Program-made: the position numbers and the translations under genes
In this document: piece by piece, positions 20,504-30,511 of the stretch
Position numbering within the stretch: the stretch's first letter is position 1
Layout of the letters: each line of letters begins with the position of its first letter
NCBI GenBank assembly: GCA_031372065.1
Contig: JANMKN010000043.1
Coordinates: forward strand, 9,084 to 73,083
Length of the DNA stretch: 64,000 bases
Direction of reading: 5' to 3'
Source: Abditibacteriaceae bacterium
GTDB lineage: Bacteria; Armatimonadota; Abditibacteriia; Abditibacteriales; Abditibacteriaceae
The notes under the pieces: model-generated
Databases searched by the model: none
What the model was told of the DNA's origin: nothing
What the model saw: only the letters and a program-made list of their open reading frames with translations

Positions 20504-21862
20504 CTAAATGTCGCCGATGTCCAGCGCGCCTTGGGCGCGCAGTTCATCTAAAGTGCCCAGCAATTCTTTGTTGCCCTGATACCACTCTTTAATGCGCGCC
20601 ACGTTTTTCTTGGAGCCGGCTATTTTGTAAAAGTCGGTCATCAGCTTTTTGCGCTTTTCAAACAAGCGCGGCGGCCCTGATGGACGCAATAAGCCGCGCG
20701 CTTCGGAATTCTCCTTGAAAAACTGCTTTTTGTCCTTCTCCGACAATTCCGCGACTTGTTTTTCCACCGCGCGGCGCTTTTCAAAAATCGCATACGCCAT
20801 CGGCCAGAAAAGTTGCGTGTAATCGCCGTAAACGCTGACTGTGGTGTCTTGAAAGGTGTCGCGATCTACCTTGCCCCAACTGACAGCTTCGGATGGCGGG
20901 CACGAGGAAAGTGAGCCATCGGAAACCGGCGCGGACGTGATTTGCAAATCGTATTTATAGCCGCGCACCGTATGTTTGCCTTCGTCGAGCATGAAGTTTT
21001 GCAAGAGCGATGGCTCCGGTTGCAGCGCGAAGTTTTTTGGCACGCCGCCGCCCATAATTACAATGCCCAATTCGTTGACAGGATTGCTGAATAACCCCCA
21101 AAAATGATAAGCGCAGGCTTCCATCACGTCGCCGAGCGGATCGTAATTGAAACTAAATTTTTCGCCGTGCAATTCGTCGTTGAGGCGAAGCGGCAGCATT
21201 CCCAGCGAGTTCGAGCCATCGCCCGGCGCGCCAATGAAAATCGGCACGGCGTGTTTGTAGCACGTCGAAACCAAACCCGATTCCACGCCGCGCACTTGTT
21301 CGAGCGCATCGAACAATTTGCCCATGCGAAAATTGCGCTCGGTGGTCGTCATGGTGTGCCCGAATTCTGGTTGCTGAAACATCCAGCGTGTGACGCGATC
21401 TTGCTCTTCTAAAATTTCTTCTTTGAAGCCGACATCGTAAACGCGAATGATGCGGTTGTCGCGGTAAACGCCGTCGTCTCCGGCTGGGTTCACTTCGCGC
21501 ACCGGACGCTCAACTTTGCGCCCGCGCGGAGTTTGGCGCAAAGCATCGTGCCCATCGTGATAAACCAGCGCATCAGTAGTGGAAATCACCGCAATGTAAC
21601 CGGCTTCGACCATCGAATTAATCCAAAAGCGCGTTTGATTGGAAAGCGAACCAATGCCCGAAATCGAAAGCACCAGCGGCACTTCTTCGGTGATGGCGCG
21701 ATACAAAATGTTATAAGCCGACGACAAATTCGTCGCGCCGCAGGCGCGCGGCAAGGCCATAAACGCCTCGTGCATCGAAGCACACTCGGTCACCGGCACA
21801 GTGCTAACCGGACGCCCCAACAAACTTTCATTCGCCTTGCGGCGCTGTGATTTAGAACGCAT
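20504..21862 (-). CDS. Deoxyhypusine synthase-like protein (probable homospermidine synthase)
   Basis: GGGVPKNF, DGSLSS.PPSEAVSWGK with the catalytic Lys, and VYGDYT. Confidence 0.88.
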   Translation of the reverse strand: MRSKSQRRKANESLLGRPVSTVPVTECASMHEAFMALPRACGATNLSSAYNILYRAITEEVPLVLSISGIGSLSNQTRFWINSMVEAGYIAVISTTDALVYHDGHDALRQTPRGRKVERPVREVNPAGDDGVYRDNRIIRVYDVGFKEEILEEQDRVTRWMFQQPEFGHTMTTTERNFRMGKLFDALEQVRGVESGLVSTCYKHAVPIFIGAPGDGSNSLGMLPLRLNDELHGEKFSFNYDPLGDVMEACAYHFWGLFSNPVNELGIVIMGGGVPKNFALQPEPSLLQNFMLDEGKHTVRGYKYDLQITSAPVSDGSLSSCPPSEAVSWGKVDRDTFQDTTVSVYGDYTQLFWPMAYAIFEKRRAVEKQVAELSEKDKKQFFKENSEARGLLRPSGPPRLFEKRKKLMTDFYKIAGSKKNVARIKEWYQGNKELLGTLDELRAQGALDIGDI

Positions 21863-22174
21863 GAAAAACCTTTCTTTTGCCAAAAACAAAATACAGCGGA
21901 CGTTTCCATTTTACCGGACGAGGAAACAGCGTGTGTAAAGCTGGCTGGAAAGATACTTGAATAGCTCAATTGGGAACAGAGATTCAAAAGCTATTCACTC
22001 GGTATTCATTTTCTGTTCAATCAACAAATAAAGTGCTTATTCTGCGCATAAACGGTCTGCTTTGCCGTGGCACGGTGCTGACTTTGCAAGCGCTTCGTAA
22101 CAGCGCTAACGGCTTGGTTGAGATTTGGTTCAAAACAGGCCCGCAACGTGAATTTTATGTAGGAGAAGAGCATC

Positions 22175-22903
22175 ATGGCTCATCAAATGACTCACAGAGA
22201 AGCACCGTCAGCATCCGCTGGCAAAGCAACTTCGTCCGAACTCTCACGCCGGGCCTTTTTAGTGCGCACTTTGTGCGCGGGAGGCGTATTAGCCGCCGGA
22301 ACCGTGCTAACGCCCGGTAAGGCACAAGCCGACATTCTGGATTTCCTCAACAAGTTGTATGACTTCGACCCGGTTGTGCTGAATTTTGCGCACGAGATGG
22401 AAGAATTGCAGGCCGAGTTTTTCGAGCGCGCTGCTGCCTCGTCGGTGTTTGACGCTTTGGAACCGGCGCAACGCAACGTGATTTATGGCATTGCAGCCCA
22501 AGACCGCGCGCACTTTATGGCACTGGACGAACTCACGCGCTTAAACGCGACCCGCAACGGCGGCGCTGCGCGCACGCAGCATACAAGCACAACATGGCGT
22601 CCGCGAAAGTTCACCTTTGGCAAAGCCTTCAAGAACAAGGAAATGTTGCTGGCCTCTGCTGTTGAACTCAAAGAAGATTGCGTTTCGGCCTATCACGGCG
22701 CGGTGCATTTGATAAAAGGTAGCGGCTTGCTGACGCCCGCAGCGGCCATCGCAGGCGTGGATGGACGTCATCTGGCCGTGCTACGCGAAATCGCTGGCCT
22801 TGATCCGGTGCCGTTTTCCTTTGAAAATCAGGTTTCGGCACACAAAATTGGCAACAGACTCAGTCGCTACGGTTTTCAGGGCGGCATCACGCAGGAGGGC
22901 TAA
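22175..22903 (+). CDS. Tat-exported ferritin-like domain protein (Ferritin_2)
   Basis: SRRAFL Tat motif; VLNFAHEMEELQAEFF, QDRAH, ELKEDCVSAY and GVDGRH. Confidence 0.8.
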   Translation: MAHQMTHREAPSASAGKATSSELSRRAFLVRTLCAGGVLAAGTVLTPGKAQADILDFLNKLYDFDPVVLNFAHEMEELQAEFFERAAASSVFDALEPAQRNVIYGIAAQDRAHFMALDELTRLNATRNGGAARTQHTSTTWRPRKFTFGKAFKNKEMLLASAVELKEDCVSAYHGAVHLIKGSGLLTPAAAIAGVDGRHLAVLREIAGLDPVPFSFENQVSAHKIGNRLSRYGFQGGITQEG

Positions 22904-22908
22904 AAACC

Positions 22909-23775
22909 ATGAATGAACAGAATTTCCATTTAGATAAAGCGGCTGAAAACGAACCGATAGAAGCCGCTACTGAAGCGCGCAACGAACGCCGGGCCGCATT
23001 GAAACAATCGGGATTGTTGTTGGGCGCGGCGCTGCTGGGAGGCTTGGCCAAGACGCGCAGCGCACACGCCGACGACAAAGGCGCCATGATGAAACCCGGC
23101 ATGATGGCGGGTGGCATGATGATGGGCAGCATGATGAGCGAGCCAGCGCAGGCGCATTTGATGAAAATCACCAATATGACGCCGCGCGATGCGGGCATGG
23201 GCATTCCGGTCAACGGCGTGGTCAAAGCCGTTGGCACGCCCGGTGCTAAAGAGCAAAGCGACGCCGCGATTTTGAATTACGCGCTGGCGCTGGAATATCT
23301 CGAAGCCGATTTTTATACGCGCGTCGTGCAAGCCGATAATGCGCGCCCGTATTTGCGGGGCCGTGTGAAAGATTTAGCGCGTGTTTTACAACGCGACGAA
23401 ACCACTCATGTGCAAGCTGTAAGCGATGCCATCCGCGCTTTAGGTGCTACGCCGATTAGCAAACCGGAATTCGTTTTTCCCCAAAACGCTTTTATTTCGC
23501 CGATTGGCTTTTTGACTTTAGCTTCAGCGCTTGAAGAAACCGGCGTTAGCGCTTATTTGGGACAAGGCGCCTATGTTCATCGCACCGACGTGCTGAATTT
23601 TGCCGCTTCGATTTACGGCAACGAAACGCGCCATGCTGGATTAATCAAGCACCATTTGGGCGATCCTAATCCACACAACATGGAAATGCCGCTTTCGATG
23701 GTAGAAATCGGCATGAAAGTGAAGCCGTTCTTTGCCAATCCGCAAATGATTCCGGCTTCGATGATGATGTCGTAA
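22909..23775 (+). CDS. Ferritin-like domain protein (Ferritin_2) with Met-rich linker
   Basis: ILNYALALEYLEADFY, DETTH, LEETGVSAY, NETRH; twin-Arg-like leader. Confidence 0.88.
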   Translation: MNEQNFHLDKAAENEPIEAATEARNERRAALKQSGLLLGAALLGGLAKTRSAHADDKGAMMKPGMMAGGMMMGSMMSEPAQAHLMKITNMTPRDAGMGIPVNGVVKAVGTPGAKEQSDAAILNYALALEYLEADFYTRVVQADNARPYLRGRVKDLARVLQRDETTHVQAVSDAIRALGATPISKPEFVFPQNAFISPIGFLTLASALEETGVSAYLGQGAYVHRTDVLNFAASIYGNETRHAGLIKHHLGDPNPHNMEMPLSMVEIGMKVKPFFANPQMIPASMMMS

Positions 23776-23905
23776 AGCTTGGGAAGCAGAGAAGGGCCAG
23801 TTGCCCTAATTTCAGGCTTGCCTTTGCGCAAGAAGGTCATTTCTGTATAATATCCTCCTGCAAGTGGCGAAAAGAGCGTCGTTTCTTGCAAAATAAGGTG
23901 AATAT

Positions 23906-23977
23906 TGGGGAATGGCCAAATGGTAAGGCACCTGATTCTGGATCAGGCAATTGAAGGTTCGAGTCCTTCTTCCCCAG
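23906..23977 (+). tRNA. tRNA-Gln (anticodon CTG)
   Basis: TGGGGAA/TTCCCCA acceptor stem, CCTGA-TTCTGGA-TCAGG anticodon arm, GGTTCGAGTCC T-arm. CCA is not encoded. Confidence 0.96.
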
Positions 23978-23982
23978 TCAGC

Positions 23983-24013
23983 AAAGGATGAAAGAGATAA
24001 TCTTTCATCCTTT
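23983..24013 (+). terminator. Terminator after the tRNA
   Basis: aaaggatgaaaga-gataa-tctttcatccttt. Confidence 0.75.
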
Positions 24014-24132
24014 CGTTTTCTGCGGCGGTTTCGATTTTAACTTGCGCCGCTCGAAAAGGCCTTGTTATACTGCGGAGGCTTCAAGAGAACGACAACTCAA
24101 AACACGGATTGAAGAAGAAGGACTGAATTAAC

Positions 24133-24384
24133 ATGGCAAATCGTTGTGAAATTACCGGCAAGGGGCCGCTTTCAGGCAATAACGTGTCGCATTCGATGCG
24201 TCACACCAAGCGCCGTCAAATGCCGAATATGCAAACCAAACGCATCTGGATTCCCGAAGAAGGTCGCTTTGTGCGGATGCGCATTTCGACTACGGCTATC
24301 AAAGCCATCACGCGCAACGGCGCCAGCGTCATGCTGGCAAAAGCCAAAAAGCGCAAACTGACGGCGCGCAAGCCCGGCAGCTAA
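24133..24384 (+). CDS. rpmB: 50S ribosomal protein L28
   Basis: MANRCEITGK.P.SGNNVSHS..HTKR...PN. Confidence 0.97.
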   Translation: MANRCEITGKGPLSGNNVSHSMRHTKRRQMPNMQTKRIWIPEEGRFVRMRISTTAIKAITRNGASVMLAKAKKRKLTARKPGS

Positions 24385-24387
24385 ACC

Positions 24388-24423
24388 AAACGACCTCGCA
24401 GATTCAATCTGCGAGGTCGTTTT
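24388..24423. terminator. Terminator between convergent rpmB and the downstream gene
   Basis: aaacgacctcgcagatt-c-aatctgcgaggtcgttt. Confidence 0.8.
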
Positions 24424-24430
24424 GTTTCTG

Positions 24431-25468
24431 TCAGCTTTCTTTCGGCCCTTTTGCCTTCTCTTTTTGAGGTTCTCTTTCAACAGCCTCAAATTCAAACGAC
24501 TCAAAAAACTTCTTCATCGCAGAAGTCGCAGCTTCTTTTTTCTCGGCTGCCACCACTACATCAAGAGTAAACATCCGTTGCTTTACGGCAATCAATTGCA
24601 TTTGGTGGATAATGCCAATGCTGTCTTTGATTTGCAGTTCGCGTCCCGGCCATTGGTTCCGCGTGATATTTTTTACGCTGAGTAAAGTAGCATTTTTGAT
24701 TCCCTTGAGCATACCCGCTTGAAACTCCTGCAAGCCTTGCTCCGCTTCGGGCATGGGTTGAGGGCCGTTATAATCAACGTAAGTTATAAGATAGGCCGCG
24801 TTTTCGTCGTAAGCAACAAAACTGAACGCAGACGGTTGGCTTAACTCTTTATTTACTATCTTTTGCTTGGGCACGCCGGGAAACAGCGCAGAAAAATGTC
24901 CTTTGTCGGAGGAAAACTTCTTCCATTCCGTTGCAGGTGCTGGCGGCAGGGGAAATAGTTGCAGCGAGCTGAGAAATTTCTCAATGGTGGGCGTCGCTTT
25001 TTTGGTATCTTCTTCAAGGGAGCTTGCCAACACATAATAAATGCGCCGGTTTGCGACGAAGGAACGGCTACGAAATATCAGGCCGTCTTCGTTTTTCAAG
25101 CTAACAGCGCGCCCGGAATACTCTTGTAATTTTATGTCTCTTTCGCCTAATTTTTTTCCTGCCATTTGCCGCATCCCATCGCGGAAGCCATCTAACAAAA
25201 CGTTGATAGGCGCAATGGCTTCCTGCTTGGAAATTTCGCTATAACCCGCGATAAAAGTAACGACTTCATCGGTCAAAGTTAATGTGTAAGTCAGCAGCTT
25301 TTCGTCTTCGCGTTTCTCAACTTCTTTTTCTTCCAGCGGCTTGCCAAGCATTTGCACTGTAAAACCCGATTCAGCGGGCGCGACCTGACGCCACGGCGCC
25401 GCCCCGCACGAAGCAGAAAACAAAGTCAACAGCAAAAAAAGACACATCTTCCAGCGCATAAGAGACAC
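24431..25468 (-). CDS. Exported protein with two tandem PsbP/Mog1-like domains
   Basis: Signal peptide; duplicated W......GF....PG.P ... G...R.Y ... KF..S pattern. Confidence 0.6.
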   Translation of the reverse strand: MSLMRWKMCLFLLLTLFSASCGAAPWRQVAPAESGFTVQMLGKPLEEKEVEKREDEKLLTYTLTLTDEVVTFIAGYSEISKQEAIAPINVLLDGFRDGMRQMAGKKLGERDIKLQEYSGRAVSLKNEDGLIFRSRSFVANRRIYYVLASSLEEDTKKATPTIEKFLSSLQLFPLPPAPATEWKKFSSDKGHFSALFPGVPKQKIVNKELSQPSAFSFVAYDENAAYLITYVDYNGPQPMPEAEQGLQEFQAGMLKGIKNATLLSVKNITRNQWPGRELQIKDSIGIIHQMQLIAVKQRMFTLDVVVAAEKKEAATSAMKKFFESFEFEAVEREPQKEKAKGPKES

Positions 25469-25471
25469 TCC

Positions 25472-26662
25472 TTAGTTTTCTGAGGCTGCTTTTTCTGACT
25501 CTGCTTTCTCCTGCGCGTTTTTCAGCGCGGCGCGATTGAATGAGCTTTTCATGGCAATTGTGGACACGCGGCGCGCCACTGTGCCAGCGATTTCGCTATA
25601 AATCTGGCCGATGGGACTGTCGGAATCGGTAACGGTGATTGGCAAACCTTTGTCGCCGCCGCGTGTAACATCCAAATGGCGCGGCACTTGGCCAAGTAGA
25701 GGCACATTGAAGGCTTTGGCTGCGATTTCGCCGCCGCCTTCGCCAAATAAATAAACGCGCTCGCCTTGCGGCGTTTCATACCACGCCATGTTTTCGACAA
25801 CGCCCAAAATCGGCACCGGCGTGCCATTGGCGGCCATTTTTTCAAACATTCGTCCGGCGCGAATGACATCTTCAAGTGCCACAGCTTCGGGCGTTGTCAC
25901 GATGACCGCGCCCGAAAGCGGCGCGCTCTGGCAAAGCGTTATCTGCGTGTCGCCGGTGCCGGGCGGCATATCAATGATTAAATAATCGAGTTCGCCCCAC
26001 ACCACGGACGACAAAAACGTTTGAATCATCTTGCCAACCATCGGGCCGCGCCACACGATGGGATTCGATTTTTCAGTCAGAAAGCCGATGGACATCAATT
26101 TAATGCCGTGCCGCTCCAGAGGATGAATGCGCTGGCCTTCGGGCGTGTCTTCGCCGAGTGGTTGTTCGCCATCGGCCACGCCGAGCATAATCGGAATTGA
26201 AGGGCCATAAATGTCGGCATCCAAAAGTCCGACTTTGGCGCCGGTTAATGAAAGCGCGATGGCTAAATTGACGGCGGTGGTGCTTTTGCCAACGCCGCCT
26301 TTGCCGGAAGCTACGGCAATAGCGTTTTTCACGCCGGGCAGAGTTTTCTGCGGGTCGAAAGGTTGGCGCGTTTGCGCTGTCATTTCGACGGCGACTTTTT
26401 CGATGCCGGGCAAAGCGCCGACAAACTCACGCGCCGACTGCTGCATTTGATCTTTCACCGGGCACGCCGGTGTGGTCAGTTCGATGGTAAAAGCCACATT
26501 GGGGCCGCAAACGCGCAGGTTTTTGATGAAGCCTAATTCGACGATATTGCGGCCTAAGTCGGGGTCTTTGATTTGGGAAAGCGCCTGCAAAACGTCTTGT
26601 TTGGTGGCAATCGAAAAATCTTCGGGAGCGTCAGGTGACGCGTCGTTTTGAATGTCAGTCAT
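25472..26662 (-). CDS. apbC: Mrp/NBP35 Fe-S cluster carrier ATPase with N-terminal DUF59
   Basis: ELTTPACP, VASGKGGVGKST, DADIYGPS, DMPPGTGD. Confidence 0.93.
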   Translation of the reverse strand: MTDIQNDASPDAPEDFSIATKQDVLQALSQIKDPDLGRNIVELGFIKNLRVCGPNVAFTIELTTPACPVKDQMQQSAREFVGALPGIEKVAVEMTAQTRQPFDPQKTLPGVKNAIAVASGKGGVGKSTTAVNLAIALSLTGAKVGLLDADIYGPSIPIMLGVADGEQPLGEDTPEGQRIHPLERHGIKLMSIGFLTEKSNPIVWRGPMVGKMIQTFLSSVVWGELDYLIIDMPPGTGDTQITLCQSAPLSGAVIVTTPEAVALEDVIRAGRMFEKMAANGTPVPILGVVENMAWYETPQGERVYLFGEGGGEIAAKAFNVPLLGQVPRHLDVTRGGDKGLPITVTDSDSPIGQIYSEIAGTVARRVSTIAMKSSFNRAALKNAQEKAESEKAASEN

Positions 26663-26718
26663 GGGAATCTAAAAAAGAAAAACAGGCAGGTAAGGCCAGC
26701 GAAGCAAACTGCATTGCT

Positions 26719-28311
26719 TCAACCGCGCGATTTTTCGCGGGCGTTTTGCGCGAACTGCGCGGCATTGCCGCGAGGCACGCGCGCCCAAATGCTCATTGTT
26801 ATGCGCGAGCCGCTTATCGAAGCACGCAGGTAAATGGGATGCGGCAAAGTATTTTTAAATTTAAAATCGCGATTTGGCCATGCCACCGTCGCATCCAGAC
26901 CGCTTTCGATATAAGGCACCGGCAGCGAATGCATTTCGCGCTGCACAATTTGGAAGGCCGCTTCTACTTTTTGATTGCCCCGGCGCACCGCATTGTAAAG
27001 CGTGGTCGAAACCTGACAGGTGCCACCCGCCAAGCCATCCACCACTTCGCTTTCCGTTTTACCCGGTTTGCGCTCGTAGATATGGGCCATGCGATAGCCC
27101 TTATCGGCAGTGCGTTCGCCCGTGGCGGCGTTGAAAGAAAAAGTCTCGCCCGGCATCAGAACTTTGCCGTTGACAGCCGCCGACGCGACATGAAGATTTT
27201 TTGTGCGCCCGATTTGATCGCTATCGAAACGTGTCGTGAAGGTGCCGATTTTGACATCGGTGCCTTCTAAATCGGCTGTAATGAGGCGCGGTTTGACTCC
27301 CTGCACCTTGGTTTCGATGGTGGTGCGATGCAAATTGTAACGATGCTGCAAATCCCACAAGGTCGCGCCCACATTCATCGCGCGCCCCTTGACTTCGGGC
27401 AAAATTTGGACACTGGCATCGCTCACCTGCAATTCGGCATTGCGCGGCGAGCGTTTGTATTGACTGGCAATCTGGCGCATCCGAGTTTTTAAACGGTCTT
27501 TGTGCCAACGCACGCCCAAATCAAGATGGCGCTCTTCAAAATGCGCTTTCACGAGGCGAGGCACATTGTTCCACAGGCTGCCTGTGCGCCCGAACCAATA
27601 AGCATTATTCACAGCGCGATTGAAATCGGGCGCGCCGCCCAAATTATAGATGGGCAAATGCCATTTCTTATCGGGAGCGACCAAAGTGATGTCCAATTTG
27701 CCAAATTGCGACTTGAGAGTATCCAAAGCCTGATCGCGCGTCATTCCTCCTACCGGCTGCCCGGCAATGAAGAAGTTCGGCGCAATTTGTCCGCTGCCCT
27801 GCCACGATTGATAAACGCCAAAGGCACCGCCGCCCAGTATCAGCAACAAGGCTAATAAGCCGCCGCCAATCCATAACGGCCAGCGTTTCACGGGCGCGGG
27901 TGCAACGACGGGCACCGGTGCCACCGGCTGCCATATCGCCGGCTGTCGCATCGCCGGCGTTTGCGAAGCAATTGGCGCGGCAGTTGGTGGCATTTTCGGT
28001 GGCCCCGCTTTTCCCTGCGGCGCTTCGCTGACGGCCTTTTGAGGCGCCACTGTTTCCGGCACGCTGTTAGATGAGGAAGTTGGCGGCGCTACCATTTCAG
28101 GCGGCGTCAGATTTACTTTCGATTCCAGTTTTTGTGTTTCGGTCTTAACAACTTGATGAATAGGCCGCTTTTCGACAACGCGACGCTGTGCGCCCTGCGT
28201 TTTGGCTTTTTGCGCTTGAACTTTGCGCCGCCGCGCATTTGCCGCCGGATTAGGGGCGCTCCTTTTTGATTTTTTCGTTGCGGCTGGGGACGACAAACTC
28301 TTCTGGCTCAT
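26719..28311 (-). CDS. VanW family protein with peptidoglycan-binding domain
   Basis: TM anchor, RTKNL..A...VNG..LMPGETFSFN, GGTCQVSTTLYNA, DATV. Confidence 0.9.
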   Translation of the reverse strand: MSQKSLSSPAATKKSKRSAPNPAANARRRKVQAQKAKTQGAQRRVVEKRPIHQVVKTETQKLESKVNLTPPEMVAPPTSSSNSVPETVAPQKAVSEAPQGKAGPPKMPPTAAPIASQTPAMRQPAIWQPVAPVPVVAPAPVKRWPLWIGGGLLALLLILGGGAFGVYQSWQGSGQIAPNFFIAGQPVGGMTRDQALDTLKSQFGKLDITLVAPDKKWHLPIYNLGGAPDFNRAVNNAYWFGRTGSLWNNVPRLVKAHFEERHLDLGVRWHKDRLKTRMRQIASQYKRSPRNAELQVSDASVQILPEVKGRAMNVGATLWDLQHRYNLHRTTIETKVQGVKPRLITADLEGTDVKIGTFTTRFDSDQIGRTKNLHVASAAVNGKVLMPGETFSFNAATGERTADKGYRMAHIYERKPGKTESEVVDGLAGGTCQVSTTLYNAVRRGNQKVEAAFQIVQREMHSLPVPYIESGLDATVAWPNRDFKFKNTLPHPIYLRASISGSRITMSIWARVPRGNAAQFAQNAREKSRG

Positions 28312-28525
28312 AATTCGGCGGTATTTTCAGCGATGGATTGATGTCAGGCGATTGCGATCATGGACAACGGAGGCGGGACGCAGTCTATTTTAAGCAGTTC
28401 CTTTTCGGCGTCCCTGCGATCAATTGGTGGTTTCACGCATTTTCTGTTTCAAAAGCGCAAAAATGCTTCATGCAAAGGTTACATCATGGCAGGCCATAGC
28501 GTCAAAAGCGGCTTGCTCACCACTC

Positions 28526-29176
28526 TTATTGTGTCCAAAACATAAATTGTTCTTTTCCCGCCCAAGCGATGTCGCTATCCACGCCCATATATCTACTTGT
28601 TGTCCACACCAAATTCCAAAACGAATCATTCACAGCAGGAATACGCAAGAGAATAAAAATCAAGAAAATCCCCATCATGCCCAGACTTTCCATTGTGGCG
28701 CGCGTTTGCCCGTCAAGATGTCCTTTGATTGCATTGTAGCCATCCAGCGGCGGAATAGGAATTAAATTCAGATATACAGCGGAAATTTGCAAGACGCAGA
28801 GGAAGGCCAGAGCAGGGCGGCCTCCATCCACAGGCGGCGGCACAAAGCGTAAAATCAACGCGATAATCACCGCCAGCACCAGATTGGAGGCAGGCCCGGC
28901 CAAAGCGACCATCGTGCGCCATGTCGCATTTTTCAAATTCTGCTCGATAATATAAACCGCGCCGCCGGGCAATCCGATACCGCCCATCACCAAGAACGCG
29001 ATAGGCAATAGAATCGAAAGAAACGGATCGGTATACGCCAGCGGGTTGAAATTTAGATAGCCTTTGTCCTTTACCGAGAGATCGCCGCCCTCATACGCCA
29101 CACGCGCGTGCGCCCATTCGTGTAAACACACGGAAAAAATCCAGCCAACTAAAACATAAACAAATGTGAGATTCAT
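28526..29176 (-). CDS. Site-2 protease (M50) family protein
   Basis: HEWAH, AGPASN, NLIPIPPLDG. Confidence 0.93.
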   Translation of the reverse strand: MNLTFVYVLVGWIFSVCLHEWAHARVAYEGGDLSVKDKGYLNFNPLAYTDPFLSILLPIAFLVMGGIGLPGGAVYIIEQNLKNATWRTMVALAGPASNLVLAVIIALILRFVPPPVDGGRPALAFLCVLQISAVYLNLIPIPPLDGYNAIKGHLDGQTRATMESLGMMGIFLIFILLRIPAVNDSFWNLVWTTSRYMGVDSDIAWAGKEQFMFWTQ

Positions 29177-29261
29177 GAGGAATTAAGGTTTCTGGTGTGC
29201 CGGTTGACGAATAATTAGGCCTTTTGCCTAAGTGGATTGAGCGGGCAAAACGCGGGAAAAC

Positions 29262-29409
29262 GCGTTTTTTTGCTCTCCAAAAAGTCGTTTGCCGTCGTGA
29301 ACGGCTTTTTTTCTTCCTCGAAAAGTCATTCACGGGCGTGAACGCAATTTTTTGCTCCCCGAAAAGTTATTCGCCGCCGTGAATGACTTTTCGGGGAGCA
29401 AAAAAACGC
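29262..29409. repeat. Three 41-bp tandem units ending in an inverted copy (REP-like)
   Basis: cgtgaa recurs at 29296, 29337 and 29378; ttttttgctccccgaaaagt pairs with acttttcggggagcaaaaaa. Confidence 0.8.
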
Positions 29410-29515
29410 TCCGGGCGCGCCACAAGAGCAAAATTGCGTCTCATTTTGCGGTTCGGTCACTGCTGTTGAAAAATGCCCACGCTATGACCGGCAACCGGCA
29501 CACAGGAAACGGGCC

Positions 29516-30328
29516 TTAGCGCCGAATCGCCAAAAGCGAATCCAGTAAGGCTGGCATTTGCTCCAACGGCACCATATTCGGGCCGTCGCTTTGCGCGCTA
29601 TCGGGATTCGGATGAGTTTCGACGAACAAGGCATCCACGCCGACAGCCATCGCTGCCCGCGAAAGCGTGGGCACAAAACGGCGGTCACCGCTGGATTTAT
29701 CGCCGCCGCCGCCCGGTTTTTGCACGCTATGCGTGGCGTCGAAACAAACGGGCGCAAATTGGCGCATGATTTCCAAGCCGCGAAAATCTACGACCAAATT
29801 GTTGTAACCAAACGTTGTGCCGCGTTCGGTGAGCAGGATATTTTCGCAGCCCGCCTCGCGCAATTTCGCGGCGACGTTTTTCATATCTTCCGGCGCTAAG
29901 AACTGCCCTTTTTTCACATTGACAGCGCCGCCATATTTGGTTGCGGCTTGCGCGGCGGCGACTAATAAATCGGTTTGGCGACATAAAAACGCGGGAATTT
30001 GCAGAATCGCGGCGACTTTCGCCACGGCTTCGCACTGATGCGGCTCGTGAATATCGGTTGTCACCGGCACGCCAAGTTCGTCGCGCATGGCGGCCAGAAT
30101 TTCGAGGCCTGTTTCAAAACCCGGCCCGCGCGCCGAAAAAATGGAAGTGCGATTGGCTTTGTCAAACGACGCCTTGAAAACGTAATTCACGCCGCGCGCC
30201 GCGCAAACTTCCTTCATAAACGTGCCGATTTCACGGCAAAGTTCGACACTTTCGATAAGACACGGCCCGGCAATCAGCAAAAGCGGCTGACCTTCGCCGA
30301 CTTGATAAGGGGAAACTTGAATTGACAT
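29516..30328 (-). CDS. kdsA: 3-deoxy-8-phosphooctulonate (KDO8P) synthase
   Basis: [40 protein letters not shown]. Confidence 0.97.
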   Translation of the reverse strand: MSIQVSPYQVGEGQPLLLIAGPCLIESVELCREIGTFMKEVCAARGVNYVFKASFDKANRTSIFSARGPGFETGLEILAAMRDELGVPVTTDIHEPHQCEAVAKVAAILQIPAFLCRQTDLLVAAAQAATKYGGAVNVKKGQFLAPEDMKNVAAKLREAGCENILLTERGTTFGYNNLVVDFRGLEIMRQFAPVCFDATHSVQKPGGGGDKSSGDRRFVPTLSRAAMAVGVDALFVETHPNPDSAQSDGPNMVPLEQMPALLDSLLAIRR

Positions 30329-30392
30329 GACTGTCCCAGTGTAACCGCCGCGAAACGCTCTGCGACTTGTTGAAAAGTTTGCTTTGCGCCGT

Positions 30393-30495
30393 GGAAATGC
30401 CTTTTTGGAGAGTCAAAAAACCGATTTCCGTAGCGGAAATCGGTTTTGGGAGAGTCTGAAAATCGATTTCCGCAGAGGAAATCGATTTTGGAATT
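30393..30495. repeat. 42-bp palindromic tandem repeats, about 2.5 units
   Basis: ggaaat recurs at 30393, 30435 and 30477; ggaaatcggtttt / aaaaccgatttcc inverted halves. Confidence 0.8.
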
Positions 30496-30511
30496 CGTTT
30501 GCAAGCAGATT

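Noticed and set aside
23906..24130. tRNA-anchored genomic island
   Set aside because: No integrase or duplicated tRNA 3' end seen; rpmB follows directly.
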